DNA from: Octopus vulgaris
Taxonomy: Eukaryota
Assembly: GCA_951406725.2 (NCBI GenBank)
Contig: OX597831.1
Coordinates: 58,652,001 to 58,716,000 of the forward strand
Direction of reading: 5' to 3'
Length of the DNA stretch: 64,000 bases
In this document: one piece after another, positions 36,810 through 50,516 of the stretch
Numbering within the stretch: the first letter of the stretch is position 1
Layout of the letters: each line of letters begins with the position of its first letter
Notes under the pieces: generated by a model
The model's input: the letters and a program-made list of their open reading frames with translations, nothing else
Told to the model about the DNA's origin: nothing
The model's database searches: none
Translations under genes and position numbers: made by a program

Positions 36810-39800
36810 ACTACAGGGATGTTCAATAACTTAACAACTAGACCCGGTACGTCAAAGAGGTTATATTTGGATTCAGGAGACCGAATTTGTATAGGAATGA
36901 TGTCTATTTCCTAAACGCCAAAATCCTTGTAGACCAGTTATATATATGCGAAAGGGAACCAATTGGGCTATAGGAATTAAGAGCAAACGGCACACCAGAG
37001 TCCCACGAGACGAGGGGAAAGAATAAAAGACTCAGCAGGATGGACCCATCTCTAACAACCATGAATGATTTACGGACACAGAAGCTGCCCCAGCCATTCT
37101 TAATTTGAGAGATATTCGAAAAGGAATGTCTATGTGAAAAGACCTGGAAAAATGAAAAAGATACACTGAGCCAAATGTGACAGTGGAAAAGAAGAGACAC
37201 AGCCGCAATGTTCAGTGGTAGCACCTGTTGAGATATCATTAGTTTGGGTGGTATTGGAAGTGAATTGTCACTGATAAAAGATGTGCCAAGAATGTGAAAA
37301 GGCTCAAGATTCACTGAACCACGTCCGCTGTGGAAAAGAAGAGCTACAGATGCAGCGGACATTGTTAACACCTGGCGTGGAACAGGAGAAGTCCAAGGAA
37401 GAAACATCCTCAGAGGACAGGAAGTCTCTCAGCACCTGTGTCACCTCAAGGCGTCAGGAAGAGCAACTCACCCAATACTACCACAGAGGGCCAATCCCAC
37501 CCAGCTGAAGTTAGAATCAAATGGACCAAGATAAATGACACAAAAGAATGGCAACAACTGGACCAAGACTTCGATATAATATTTGATTGCATGCTAACAG
37601 GAACAACTGAACAGAAAGTGAATGATTTTATGACTATCGCATTCAGTTTGGCAAAAGATTGCTTCAGAACTGCGGACAGACCGCTTAATACAACAATCAA
37701 AAAGGTACACAGCATAAGAGAAAAGGAGATGCACCATCGGATGGGAGAAATCAAGCCTGTCAATATGCAATATAAAAAGGGCTTCTGCTGACGAAAGGGA
37801 AGGCATCAGTGACTTGACAAATAAAAAAGGCTTAGATGGGCAGACTGTACTCGGAATGGGAGGAAAGTAAGGTAAACCACACGGGTGCAATTTGTCAAGC
37901 ACCCTTTTAGGTTCACTCTAAAAATGTTGAGGAAGACCAAATCAAGGAAATTGACCTGCTCTAGAGAAGAAGTAAAAGTATTTTTGAGGGAGACCCACAA
38001 TGATAACCTCAGAAATCAAGCCCTTGATATCAACCCAAATGTCTGTAGAGCTGAAATTCCAGGAAATACGTTCAATCTCAACTGTCCATTCTGGAAAGAC
38101 GTGAAAGTAGTAGAGAGAAAGGCGAGATCAGGTATATATTATAAAGTATACAAGTACCATACCTTATGGAGTATACAAGAAAGTCCCACGTCTCCTTCGG
38201 AGACTGTGGATGCTGCTCCAAACGATCTGGACAAAGGGTTTCAAGAAGGCAGCAGGATGTTGTGTGCAAAAGGAAGAAAAGCCCTCATCCAGTAACCAAT
38301 TCAGGACCATCTCTCTCCTGAGGTTTGAAGGTAAAATCTATTTTTCTACATTGGCCAAATGGAACACATCGTACATGACTGAGAATGGATATATAAACAC
38401 CTCTATCCAAAAACAAAATGAGTTCCCGGTTTCTCAGGATGTCTGGAACACACTGGAGTTCTCCGCCAGTTGATTCGGGAGACTTAGAGAAATAAAGATG
38501 ACTTCAAAGCGATTTGGCTAGATCTGGAAATGCATATGGATTGATTCTTCATGCCCTCATATATGCAGTTCTCGGCTACTACCATATTCGTCGCATATTA
38601 TGGCAATAATCACCAGTTATTTTGGATGTATCCAGTTACGCTTCAGAACAGCCTACTTTACAACTCGGTGGCAATGCCTTGAGGAAAGGATTATAACTGA
38701 TTACACATTATTTTCATCCCTGCAATGATTCTCCTCATATTATCTGCTGATAATGAATCCCATGGACCAACAATGGAATCAGACAGCCGACTGTACCCAA
38801 AACGGGGCTTCATGGATGGAATCATGGTGATAACTACAGCCCATGTGGCGGAAGGAAGGGTGTTGACTTATCTTGAACACATGGAAACGTGGGCTAGAAT
38901 GAAGCTTAATCTAGGAGTATGATGATAAGAGATGGCAAAGCAACAAACAAAATCAAGCTACAAGTGCATGGAGAGGTCATTCCATCAATATAGAAAAATT
39001 TGATTAAATGTATTGGAAAGATATTAGACAAATCGCTTGTGGAGAGAAGCAATGTCCCAAATACTGTGAATCAAGTAGAGGAGTGGCTGAGTAGGATTGA
39101 AATATCATGGATTCTAGTAAAATACAAGGCACGGCTCTACCAACACAGACGTCTTCCAAGACTCATATGGTTATTGATGCTCTAAGACATTCCAATGGAA
39201 AGCGTGGAATGGGTGGAGAAGAAGGTAAATAAATATTTCTAAAGGAGGCTAGGTGTTTTATCAGCTACATATCCACCTGTCGTCGATAGTGGAGAAATTT
39301 AAAGTAGCAAAATGAAATGTTGATATGATGTACAGAGACTCACAGGATAAGCTTTTCAGGCATGTAGGGATTACAACATGTTTCGGACGAGAGTGTGTAG
39401 CTAGTACTACAGTCACTTAGGCTGAAGACATGCAGGAGCTACGCGACATCATTGGAGTTAGATGCAGAGTTCGCCAGGGTCTCTCAGTTCTTTCCATTTA
39501 TAACAATGGAATGAAGCGGACATCAAGGTGAGGAGGGCAATGGTCTAGACAGGCGTACAGCAACAGGAGGAAGAAAGATCAAGAGCTGTGGGGCTGGTGT
39601 CTCTGGGTGCTAAATTAAATAGGACTTCCTAAGAGGAAGGTCACAAGACAGACTTGTGGAGACAAGAACTTTTCCACATCTTCTCCTTGCTGTGGGTGGT
39701 GTATGACACACTTCCGACGCCAAAAAACCTGGAGTTTGAGGGAAGATCAGCTGCGTAGACTTTGTGAAGGAAAGGCCTCACTAGCACACATCTTGTCAAG

Positions 39801-40575
39801 GTGCAGAAAAGCACTTTCTCAAGGAAGATACAAGTAGCGCTATGATGGCGTACTTGCAACAGTTGCACACACCCTGGAGCAGGAAAGGCTCAAGAAAAAT
39901 CATCATTTGGGGAAAACAACAGCAGAAATTAAATTCCTGAAAGATGGAGAGAGGCCACTAAAGTCAGCAAAAAAGACAAGTGGCGTGCTGCATGGATCCC
40001 GATCATGGAATATGAAAGTGGACTTGTAGTTTCCTTCGGTCACCCATGCAATCTTGAGGCCAGATGTGGTTCTGCAGTCTTAAAAGACAAAGAAAATTAT
40101 CTTAATTCAGCTCACAGGCCTGTGGAAAGAGATGTGTGATAAGGTTCATGAATAGAATCATGCCAAATAACAAAACCGTGTGCAGGATTGCAAGGAGATA
40201 TGACTTTTCCCAGTCGAGGCTGGTTGTTTGGGGTTCCCTGTTCAGTCGGCATGGATGATACTTCCTGCCATTGGAATGAGAGGAAAGGGGCAAAGGGTGG
40301 CTGAGCGCAGGATGGGAGAGGCAGCTGAAAAAAGCCTCTTGTTGGGTTTGAAGCAAGATAGAAGAGTAAAGCTGGAGGCGAGGAAGAGGTGAAGAGCAGT
40401 GATTTTACCACCTCTGGTGAACCACCAACTGGAGAAAGTGAACCACCAATGGGTCAGAGTGAACGGTACCTGATGAACATTGCTTACCGTCTCATGGCAT
40501 CAGTTCCTCCTGGCCAAAGACCCATTCATTTTGGCGAGTGGGAAAAAAACACCTCCTACCAGGAGTTAATAACAC
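36810..40575 (+). mobile_element. Near full-length decayed Hero-like (R2 group, RLE) non-LTR retrotransposon
   Basis: In order: RIKWTK..EWQQLDQD, FVKHPFRF, QFRTISLL.FEGKIYFS, GFSGCLEH, IWLDL.NAYG, RGFMDG, WARMKL, IKCIGK, LPRLIWLL, RPDVVL..IILIQLT; many stops and frameshifts; ends approximate. Confidence 0.85.
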
Positions 40576-40588
40576 ACATGCACACAAT

Positions 40589-40685
<97 letters not shown>

Positions 40686-40772
40686 TATTAACTCCTGGTA
40701 GGAGGTGTTTTTTCCCACTCGCCAAAGTGAATGGGTCTTTGGCCAGGAGGAACTGATGCCATGAGACGGTAA
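40484..40772. repeat. Fold-back palindrome centred on (CA)n(AT)n(TG)n
   Basis: 40484-40570 is the reverse complement of 40686-40772 with very few differences. Confidence 0.95.
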
Positions 40773-40808
40773 ACGCACACAGACACACAGACATATATAT
40801 ATATATGT

Positions 40809-40839
<31 letters not shown>

Positions 40840-41879
40840 GTAAATGAAGAGGGGTCCGGCTGTTCTCTTCTTACTCCCGCCCGTACTGCCAAACATAATA
40901 TATATATATGTCGATATTTCGATTGAGAGACAATACTATTTTGTACGTGTTTAATACAAAATCCGCAAGATTATTTCAGTCGTAGAATATAAAGTAAGAA
41001 GCAAATAACGGAGGTGATTGAATCACATTTAATTCTTTGTTTCAACTATTGCAATAACACACTGGTGAAATTCAAGGAGGGAAGGTTTAGCAATCGCACA
41101 TCGAGTTGTACATACAATATATAAGAATATAATATATATATATGTGTGTTTTGTGTGTGTGTGTGTTTGAATCATCAATGTAAAACCTCTACGATATTAA
41201 GCCATGTGAGAACAGACAATCAAATGTACACATTACCGATTTACTAAGGAACACTACATCGAATGGTGCAGTTCTACATAGGCTACTTTTTTTTAGATAA
41301 ATGAGGCCGCAAAGCGTGCTTGTTCATACACCGGCCCCGATACGTATGACTGACGACTGACCTGAAACTAAGCAACATAGAAACATCTCTCTACACATTA
41401 AAAAGAAATTGTTATATACAAATCGAGAAATATATGTCGTATATTTTAGAGAAGTTAAAATATATACATAACATTATTTATTTTAGCAAATTAATTTTTC
41501 GTTATTTGAATTCTATTTCATAGACATTTACTTGAAAATGAAAATATAATTATAAAGTTTTTGCCTCAATACCATATGAAAGTTTGAAATATGATTTAAG
41601 TCCGAAATCTTCGCATCATATTTCGATGTCATTTGAAGTTGTGAACGCTAATTATAACCTTCAGGAATTTTATATATCCACTAATACTTGATGCCACCTT
41701 TTAACCGATTGTAGAATTTATTCTGAAAACAATCTCATCATTGCACTTATACACATTCATGGCATATAAATGTAAATGCCTTGGGATACTGACATTTTTA
41801 CTGCAAATATAATCTAGAATATTGTCATGTCAGAAAATATATATGATTATTTCACTGTATATATATTATGTAATTTCTC

Positions 41880-41960
<81 letters not shown>

Positions 41961-42149
41961 ATATATATATATAAATAGGAATGAACTTGTATAAGTTTAT
42001 GTATACACATATATGTTTTAAATATAGGAATATAACAATGTATCTTTTGAACATGCTTTAAAATATATAACTAATGTTTGGTATTCGAATCACTTTATTT
42101 GCCTTTAAATAGATACACAGCTCTAGAGATAATGGGTACAAATTTTGGG

Positions 42150-44725
42150 GTCCTGTCTGATGATATCGGGATTAAGAAGTTGAAGTTAAGTGATGAGGAA
42201 ACAAGCAGCAATCGAAGTACTCTTCTGTGTTTGTTAAAACTAGCTTAGCATAAGGTTCATGAGAAGACTGACATTTTCCCGCAGAGATTATCCTCAGTGT
42301 GTTAGCAACTGAAAATTACACAACTGCAGTGGTCATTTTGTCATGGCTTCAGGAGCATCTATAGGACTTCAAACGAACATATTTCGATGGTTTTCTTTCG
42401 TGTCCTCGATGTACCAACTCCTATGTTTTCCAATTTTCGGCAGTTCTCCCTTAAATTTTTCTCCTAAACAGTTAAGATGATTCTGCTGACACTTCTGTTC
42501 TACGCCGATATCACTATTCCTTCCTATTTCCCCATTATCGTACTCAAGCATCATCCAAATGCAATCTCGATCTCTCACGCCGAACATAATCTGAAACAAT
42601 GATATAGGCTTTAAAAACATTCCCTGATAATTTTTTCATACTACCTATTAGTCCAGTGATAGCTATGTGATACATATTTACTAAGAGTAAGTAAGTAATC
42701 GCTAAGAATAGTCACACTAAATGAAAAACACATTCAATCATTATCTATATTGCTTATACTTAACAGAGGAGGAGCATAAATAAATTGACGTTTTAGTGTA
42801 CGTGGTTCGAAGAGAAAACATAAAATTGCTTTGCCAACGTTCAACGTAAAGTAGTGAATCCAGAGAGCAAAATGGAATCTTTATTGTAGTTGCATTATTT
42901 AAATATCTATATGATAGAAAGTAATTAAATGAATCAACTGCACCATTGAGATGTTTTTTGTCGAGTTTTTTCATCTGCAAATTCACTTCAACCGAATGCA
43001 TTACTTTATATTATATTAATTTGCTCTTGAAAAAGCTTTGATAAAAAGCATTAAAACGGTGCAGTTGTCTCATGAAATTTCTTTCTTTCCTGAAAATAGT
43101 TAAATAATGGATCTGCTTCAAAGGTTTCATGTTGGCGTTTGGATTAAATATCTTGCAATTTTTGTTGGTTATGAATTTTTTCACAATCCGTACTGTAAAA
43201 TATTGTTTCATTCCTCTTATTTATCTGAACAGTCTTAATCCAATCCATAATGCTTTAAGCGAATATATTACTTTAGCAACAGTAGAATAACTTCAGTATT
43301 TAAATGTTTTCGTCCGAGATCTTCAGTAACAGAATTGTTTAAAGCGAATTTATTACTTTTTAAACTCCTAAATAAGAAATCGCGTGAGTCGTTACGCTTC
43401 TTCTTCATCTGACCTCTCGTTTTATAGTGGTTCATTATGTAGTAAGTTTACCATTTATGATTGGATACCTTTCTCCGCATATAGAAAAGGGCAACTTTGG
43501 ATCCTAAATTTTGCAATCTCAATAACGTTTTCTATCACTCTTCGTCTTCGTTAATTATAATCACATTTAGCACAACACCAATTGTCCCATATGAATTGGT
43601 TTCCTCCAAATAAATTTCTGCCTGCAATCATTATTTCCAGTCTATTAGATTGAAACATTCACGAAATGCAACAACATTGAATTGGAGTTTGTGATGACAG
43701 AATACATTGCTAGTTAAGCAGGCGCAAGGAAGAAACATATTTCTATATAGCTAGACCGGTTCAAGATTTTTAATAATTACGTTAGGTACTGTATTGTTTG
43801 GTTATATCAAAATATACTGTTACTGCATCGTAAACTATAAACATCATCAAACTAATGTCGAAGCAAATAGCTACTAAGAGGAAAACATTAGAACATTGTA
43901 TGTTTAGAGAGGGAAAAAGTCAAAAGGTGTTGCCAAATTTAATATTTTTTCTCTAATTTATTCTCGTACATATGAGTCTACTGGCGTTATGTAATAGCTA
44001 TAAAAGCTATAAAACTAATTCTGTATGTTCTATGCTATACTGTCTATTAAAATTTATGGTTAGATTTTTGTCATAAAACTGTTAACTCTTTTCCGGCTCA
44101 CTCTTTAATTCTTGTAATGAAATTCGTATTTATATTCACTAGCTGAATATTTGAGGAATATTTTTAAATACGTACCCAATTCTCAAATACTCTATGAGTT
44201 AGTTGCAGATGTAGTTTTAAATAAAATAAATGTCTTTTTGACTGCTACATTACATGAAATGTTTATTTTTAAAAGATTGGTTCTGTATTCTGTAACGTAA
44301 CACACTTTCTTGTATATGTTTCTCCAATTATACCAAGTAAAATGCATATATTCTTAAGCGTTTTATCGAAGCATATTTACCACCTGTTACATGAAAAGAA
44401 AACCCAACAAAATCTGCTTCAAATATGTCATAATGCACCCAGTACCGAAAGCTGTCAATTTATTGCATCTTGTACAATATGTGATAGATATCCCTTTCCA
44501 GAGAACACTATTTCATTTCCGGTCGTCAAGGAGTCAAACACTCTATTACCGGTCATTGGTGAACTTCAGTGAAGCCATACACATTGTCTGACATAAAATT
44601 CGACAAAATTCCTGCAGTTGATTTGAGCTAAGTACTTTCAAGTACATAGTCCAATAACGTATTAGGCAAAATTCTCTCAACTGTTTTTGTTAAGCATGAA
44701 ATATGTGAAAGGCGAGTCACTTTGC
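42150..44725 (-). pseudogene. Putative TRIM-like pseudogene: B-box exon (~44350-44725), coiled-coil exon (42839-43367), SPRY/B30.2-like exon (~42150-42590)
   Basis: AG acceptors at 44726, 43368 and 42591, GT donor at 42838 with compatible phase-1 join YVE-H-YVRRERSRLHLDD; AQINC..RQCVWLH, YCTRCNK; QQKLQDI*SKRQH; LVLTNTEEYFD..LLNPD. Many stops and frameshifts; family call rests on recalled resemblance to octopus TRIM-like proteins. Confidence 0.5.
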
Positions 44726-44939
44726 CTGAAACGTTGATACTTTACACTATTGTTTGCGAATGGAATCCTTAGCTACAAAGTGTGAATAATATTAACTCAT
44801 TCCTCGCAGAATGGTTTCTGTATTCCAGGAGATATTCTCTGAAAGTTTATCATGACATTTGAATGATTAAGCTACTACACACCAAATCTTTTCAATTTTC
44901 CCTTTAAAATTAATATTTCATTATCCCAAATAGAGATTT

Positions 44940-45313
44940 AAAGAGAAATTCTTTTCCAGCTCTGGCAGTATTCAGATTTTTGATATATTTGATTTATAAA
45001 AATGTAATATGCTTAACAAAAGTTTGGCATCTGTGTAAAATTAAACAGGAAACTCTTTTACCACTTCTATACACCAATTTCCTCGGATAATGGAACTGAA
45101 ACTACAATATCTTTATATATTTTATTTCTACTTTCATTGTCTTATTTCCCTCTATATTCCATATCTCCTCCTTTTCCATAATAATTCGAACTCAAATATT
45201 TTCTCTACGTAACCTTCTCCCACCGTCTGATGAATGGATATCCATAATATCCTAGAAACAGCTGTAAATGTCTTGAAAACTCCTTACAGACTTGGCTTTG
45301 TTAGCTCATTCTG

Positions 45314-45315
<2 letters not shown>
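44940..45315 (+). mobile_element. Penelope-like 3'/pLTR fragment ending at (TA)n
   Basis: Contains minimal hammerhead motif at 45223-45270. Confidence 0.6.
45223..45270 (+). ncRNA. Minimal type I hammerhead ribozyme motif
   Basis: CTGATGA-at-GGATAT-ccata-ATATCC-ta-GAAA-CAGCTG-TA; palindromic stem III, weak stem I. Confidence 0.6.
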
Positions 45316-45400
<85 letters not shown>

Positions 45401-45412
45401 CGTGTGTGTATG

Positions 45413-45445
<33 letters not shown>

Positions 45446-45548
45446 GATAAAAACGGTAAGATAACAAAAGAAAGAAAGAGACCTCAATATTATGTAAATG
45501 GAGGAATTTATCTGTAAAAGTAATATGTGACAAGTATCTGGTAGTCAA

Positions 45549-45609
45549 GATAAAACTCCGAGTTTCCGATGCCGAGGTGGAAATCCACGCCACCATCTCT
45601 TCAGTTATC
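45549..45609 (-). ncRNA. Type I hammerhead ribozyme motif in a Penelope-like terminus (45444-45627)
   Basis: GATAA-CTGAAGA-GATG..GTGGA/TCCAC..CATC-g-GAAA-CTCGGAG-TT-TTATC: stem I GATAA/TTATC, stem II GATG/CATC, GUU triplet. Confidence 0.65.
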
Positions 45610-46303
45610 CGGCCATCGGAAAACCCCTTTTTTTATATAAATATCCTATTTATATACATGTTTGTATGTCAAAAAATATTCTTTTCTATACACTATACCC
45701 GTAACAGTTATCACACCAAAGCTTGTGATATCATAGCTGCTATGTAAGGGGTATAACTATTTCATTAACTTCATCATTTCCTTTTTACTTCTTTGTAAAT
45801 AAGCGTTAAATGTATTCTTATTCCATTCACATCTATAATACATTATATGAAATTTTAATCAACTTCAAATATTTTTCTGTTATTTTATTCTAACATTATC
45901 ACTCCAATATGCTTATAAAAAACAAAACTGGCATCGGCAGGATGTAAGGTACTGAAAATATATACTGCAAAACATTTCATTAATAGTTTTCCGTTTGAAT
46001 TAGTAAGTAGAATTTGAATTAGTAAAGAATGTATTACTAATAAACTTATAATGAGGAATAATCGTTGCTTATATGTCATATTGTACACTCAGATACGGAT
46101 AAAACAAAAGATTCCTGTCTACAGTTTAAAATTTCAAACCAAACTGGCCTCGTGAACGGATAGATAAAACTATTGAATAAAGCGTGTACAGAAATGTTAC
46201 CCCTGAATATCTTCATAATATCTGTTTTATAGTATCAATGTGTCATTAATATTTTCGTGAATAAATCTCTATGAATGTACTGATAAATTGAATGTATTAT
46301 ATT

Positions 46304-46531
46304 TCTTTACTGCCCCCAAGGCGCTAAACATAGAAGGGACAAACAAGGACAGATAAAGGGATTAAGTCGATTATATCGACCCCAGTGCGAAACTGGTACT
46401 TTATTTTTCGACCCCGAAAGGATGAAAGGCAAAGTCGACCTCGGTGGAATTGGAACTCAGAATGTAAGGACAGACGAAATACCGCTAAGCATTTCGCCCG
46501 GCGCGCTAACGTTTCTACTAGCTCGCCGCCT
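46304..46531 (-). mobile_element. SINE family C (tail type 1) with 21-bp TSD
   Basis: ATAAATTGAATGTATTATATT at 46283-46303 and 46532-46552. Confidence 0.93.
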
Positions 46532-47162
46532 ATAAATTGAATGTATTATATTAGTATTTGATAAGTGGTTCAATCTCGTTGAGGGAGTAAGTTTTCGCAA
46601 AGTATTTTATCTTTAGCGAGTTTTCAATAGAATCCAGACAATTTGTTTCAGTTCATTTTAGGAATAACGATTCTTATAAATGCTCCATTTACTTCACCAG
46701 AATTCGTAACATGTCAGGTATATCATCTTCGAGAATAAATATTACTGATGACTAATATATGAACCGTAGATTACCAAATCGATGCAAAATCACATTAAAA
46801 GCCGAGAGACATAGTCAACACTTTCAAAGTTGTAATAAATGTAAGTAGATACAACTGCATGCATGGAAAGATTGTTTTCTTAAATCACATTTTTGGGTTC
46901 AGATTTATTCATGATGATCGAAGCCTGACGTTCTGGTCTATTGCCGTTACTGCAAAATAGATTAGATATTGATAATTAATTATGTATACTATGCCAAAGA
47001 GGTGAATTTGTATTAAGAATTAACATAAATTATCATAAATGTTATAAAGTTTATGATATGGAGCTTGCATTATATAAAATATGTTGCTAAAAGCCAAGTA
47101 TAAGAATAACCGATAAGTGGGACGCAGTTTTGATCATATATTCATGGTTTTATTATCTTTAT

Positions 47163-47462
47163 GTGGAGGCGCAATGGCCCAGTGAACTCGCAGTCGTAGG
47201 ATCGCTGTTTCGATTCCCAGACCGAGCATTGTGAGTGTTTATTGAGCGAAAACACCTAAAGCTCCACGAGACTCCGGCAGGGGATGGTGGGGATCCCTGC
47301 TGTACTCTTTCACCACAACTTTCTCTCACTCTTTTCTCTGTTGGCCTGCTCGCTTAACCAGCGGGGTGGCGTCATTTTAAGGCTAAAACAATGCAAAGCG
47401 CATTTTGACCAGCGATGTGTAGCAACATCTGATAGTTTGGTCGGTCACGGTGATCACGGTGA
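47163..47462 (+). mobile_element. SINE family B with alternative 3' module
   Basis: Head/centre as 6715-7028; different tail ending (CACGGTGAT)2. Confidence 0.85.
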
Positions 47463-47724
47463 TTATCATTATAAGCAACGGCAAAACTTGTTGGCTAAAA
47501 AGTAACAATGAATAAGACAACAGTTTACTTTACGAAGATTTTAATAATGATATATTTTGTCAAGTTGAACTATAGGAAAAGTTAACCTAATGTGAAATAG
47601 AGCATGTGAGATGTTAGATGACATTTATAGAACTGAGAACCTCTGCCGAAATTCTATAAGAACGTAGAAGTGTCACTGTACTTAAAGCCTTGTAAAAAGC
47701 GTGATTATTTTTGTTGGATTTTAG

Positions 47725-48290
47725 GTTGTGAAGTCGGTGTTGTCACCAGTAGCTGACCGGTCTGTAATATGTAATATAGCATGGGAGAGTAACCAGTCAG
47801 TCATGTGTGCAGGACGTGCAATGAAACAAATAACTGTTAAACACTGTGTAGTTTTATATCGAAGCATGGTATGCTAACTCATGCTGAATCGTTGTAGCGT
47901 TACATTGTTTAAGACTGTGTGAGAGACGTAGCTCCTACCCTAACCAAAGACTACCATTAACTGGTGTTCACTTTTGCATGCATTCAAACCACATCTCTAG
48001 CCTGCGAATAATTTCCTTTTCCCCACTCTCACCAGGCATGTATATCCAGGATAATGTCAAACTGTTCCTCCTTCTGAAATTATGTCATAACAAAATGGAG
48101 GTGCAAAGCATGTTTATCAAATTTTAATTCGTACAAATACGTTACTGTTTCAGACAGCTTTGTGAATCGAGTGTTTGAGGCAAATGATTCAGTATTTTGC
48201 TGATATAGACAAAGGAATAATGACTTCGACCTGAAAACTTATCTCTACATATACTCATATTGCCATACAACCAGAAATTTACTTTAATTC
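47725..48290 (+). pseudogene. Possible decayed B-box exons (47725-47868 and 48154-~48290)
   Basis: tttag|..ATG|gtatgc bound a 144-bp segment; phase-1 frame VCNM*..HVCRTCNETNNC*TLCSFISKH continues after tttcag| as DSFVNRVFEANDSVFC*. Confidence 0.3.
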
Positions 48291-48801
48291 TCATATCGTT
48301 GCAGCACTTTGTACCTGGAAAACGTATTAGTTTCCATATTTACGATTCGAAACTTCAGTCTTGCAATATAGTTACAGAAACAAAATTGGTTTCTACACTA
48401 AATTAATAATGAACAATATCAAATAACACATTACGTTTCCCTCTCCCGTACCAGCTGCTTTATTGCGAAAGCTGTGTGCCATTCAATTATTAAGATAAAC
48501 AGATGAATACAATTTAATATTAGATGAGATAAAATAATGCATGCAGTTGTCTTTTTCACGACCATCCATTTTGTCCTTCTCCGCCGTTATATCGTAGCTT
48601 TATCGCCTGAGTATTCTCAGTGTTGCATGATTATCATATGACGATCTTAAGATTATAACCTGAATATGAGACAGATATTACACTCTGGTGTAGCTTTGCC
48701 ACCTTCCATCCTCTAGAACACAATGTTTTGGAAGTAAACCAAATTAATTTATTCTTCGATAAATTAGATTCAACGTTTACGCACTAATGCAATTCAGAGA
48801 A

Positions 48802-50058
48802 TATGACAGAAAGAGAGTGAGAGAGAACCAGTAACAGAATGAAAGTCGCACAAAGTCGCACACACAAATACACACACACACACACACACACACACACTGG
48901 CATACATAAGCACAGACACAGACCCACACACACAGACATACAAGCAAAACCTATGAATTTATAAACGTATATAAGCATACATACAGAATACATAACACAT
49001 ATACACACACACATACATGCATACACACGCAAACGCATAGATATATACACGTACAGTTATAAATGTATAGATATACGTACTTATATCGGAAGAAGTAGAA
49101 AGAGAAGAGAGAGAGCAGCAGAAATGGATGATTAATGTGTTTATTGCTGACATCATAGACATTTTTCTTAAAGGAGTCTTGCGTTATAACATATTTATCA
49201 CTAGTTTATATTTTCCTCTTTGGTCTATACGACCGATTACGGCCATGTTAATTGTATATCTTACAAGTGAAAATACATTGCCAACAGAAGATTTGTAACA
49301 TTTACCTCGTAATATTTCATCTTTATTTAACGTAAATGCTGACAAGTCTATAAGACCTCATAAGTCTCACATTATCTTAGACGCATATTTCTTACTGAAC
49401 ACGAAAACAACGTTTACTATTCTCGTACAGGATACGAACATGACGTAAATAACCTTTCAGTTCCCAGTTGAATATACTTAATTTCAGATACATTTCGAAT
49501 GTCCTTGTGAAATGCGTAGGTATCTTGATTTCTATTCTATACTCGGCAAAATTACGAAGCGAATTGAATGAAATCGTTGTATAATGGAATGTTAGGTTGT
49601 AAAGAAGTATAGATGAATATCGATTTCCCCAATGGCATAAGGATACATATTTCTAGGTGTAAAGAACCTGAAAACCGACCGCCGCATTGGGCTTTTGAAG
49701 TGATTAAGTGCGATACACTGCAAAGAGTCAGGAGGATTTTATGTAACAAATCTATATTTTTTTTAGATTATAGTGTATTATAATTATTTATTACGTCCAC
49801 TCAAATCTCACACACACATGCACACAGACACACACACAGACACACATACACACGTGCATACATACATACATACATACATACATACATACATACATACGTA
49901 CATATATACATGCATGCATACATACAGGTTTTGCCTGTATGTCTGTGTGTGTGTGGTTCTGTGTCTGTGCTTATGTGTGCCAGTGTGTGTGTGTGTGTGT
50001 ATTTGTGTGTGTGACTTTCGTTCTGTTACTGGTTTTCTCTCACTCTCTTTCTGTCATA
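48802..50058. repeat. Inverted duplication, arms 48802-48952 and 49926-50058
   Basis: TATGACAGAAAGAGAGTGAGAG..GCAAAACCT versus AGGTTTTGC..CTCTCACTCTCTTTCTGTCATA. Confidence 0.9.
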
Positions 50059-50443
50059 CATACATACATACATACATACACACACATACATACATGCATA
50101 CATACATACATACATACATACATACATACATACATACATACATACATACACACATGCATACATACATACATACATACATACATACATACATACAAATATC
50201 TATCTATGTATACATACGGAGTTAGAGACAGAAAGAGAAAGAAATAACTAGTGCGTGTAGTGACACTGCATGACAGAATATTTGCGTAGTAAGTAAGTAG
50301 ACCTTGCAATAAACAGGTCCCGGTTTCAATTTCTCTGCTCCGCATTGTCGTCAGAGCAACTAACGGTCATATACATATTGAGTAAAATTGGATATAGGGG
50401 AAACTGAGTGGAAGCATATCGGACGAAAAATAGCTCCCTTCAT

Positions 50444-50499
<56 letters not shown>

Positions 50500-50516
50500 T
50501 ATATAGATATATATAT

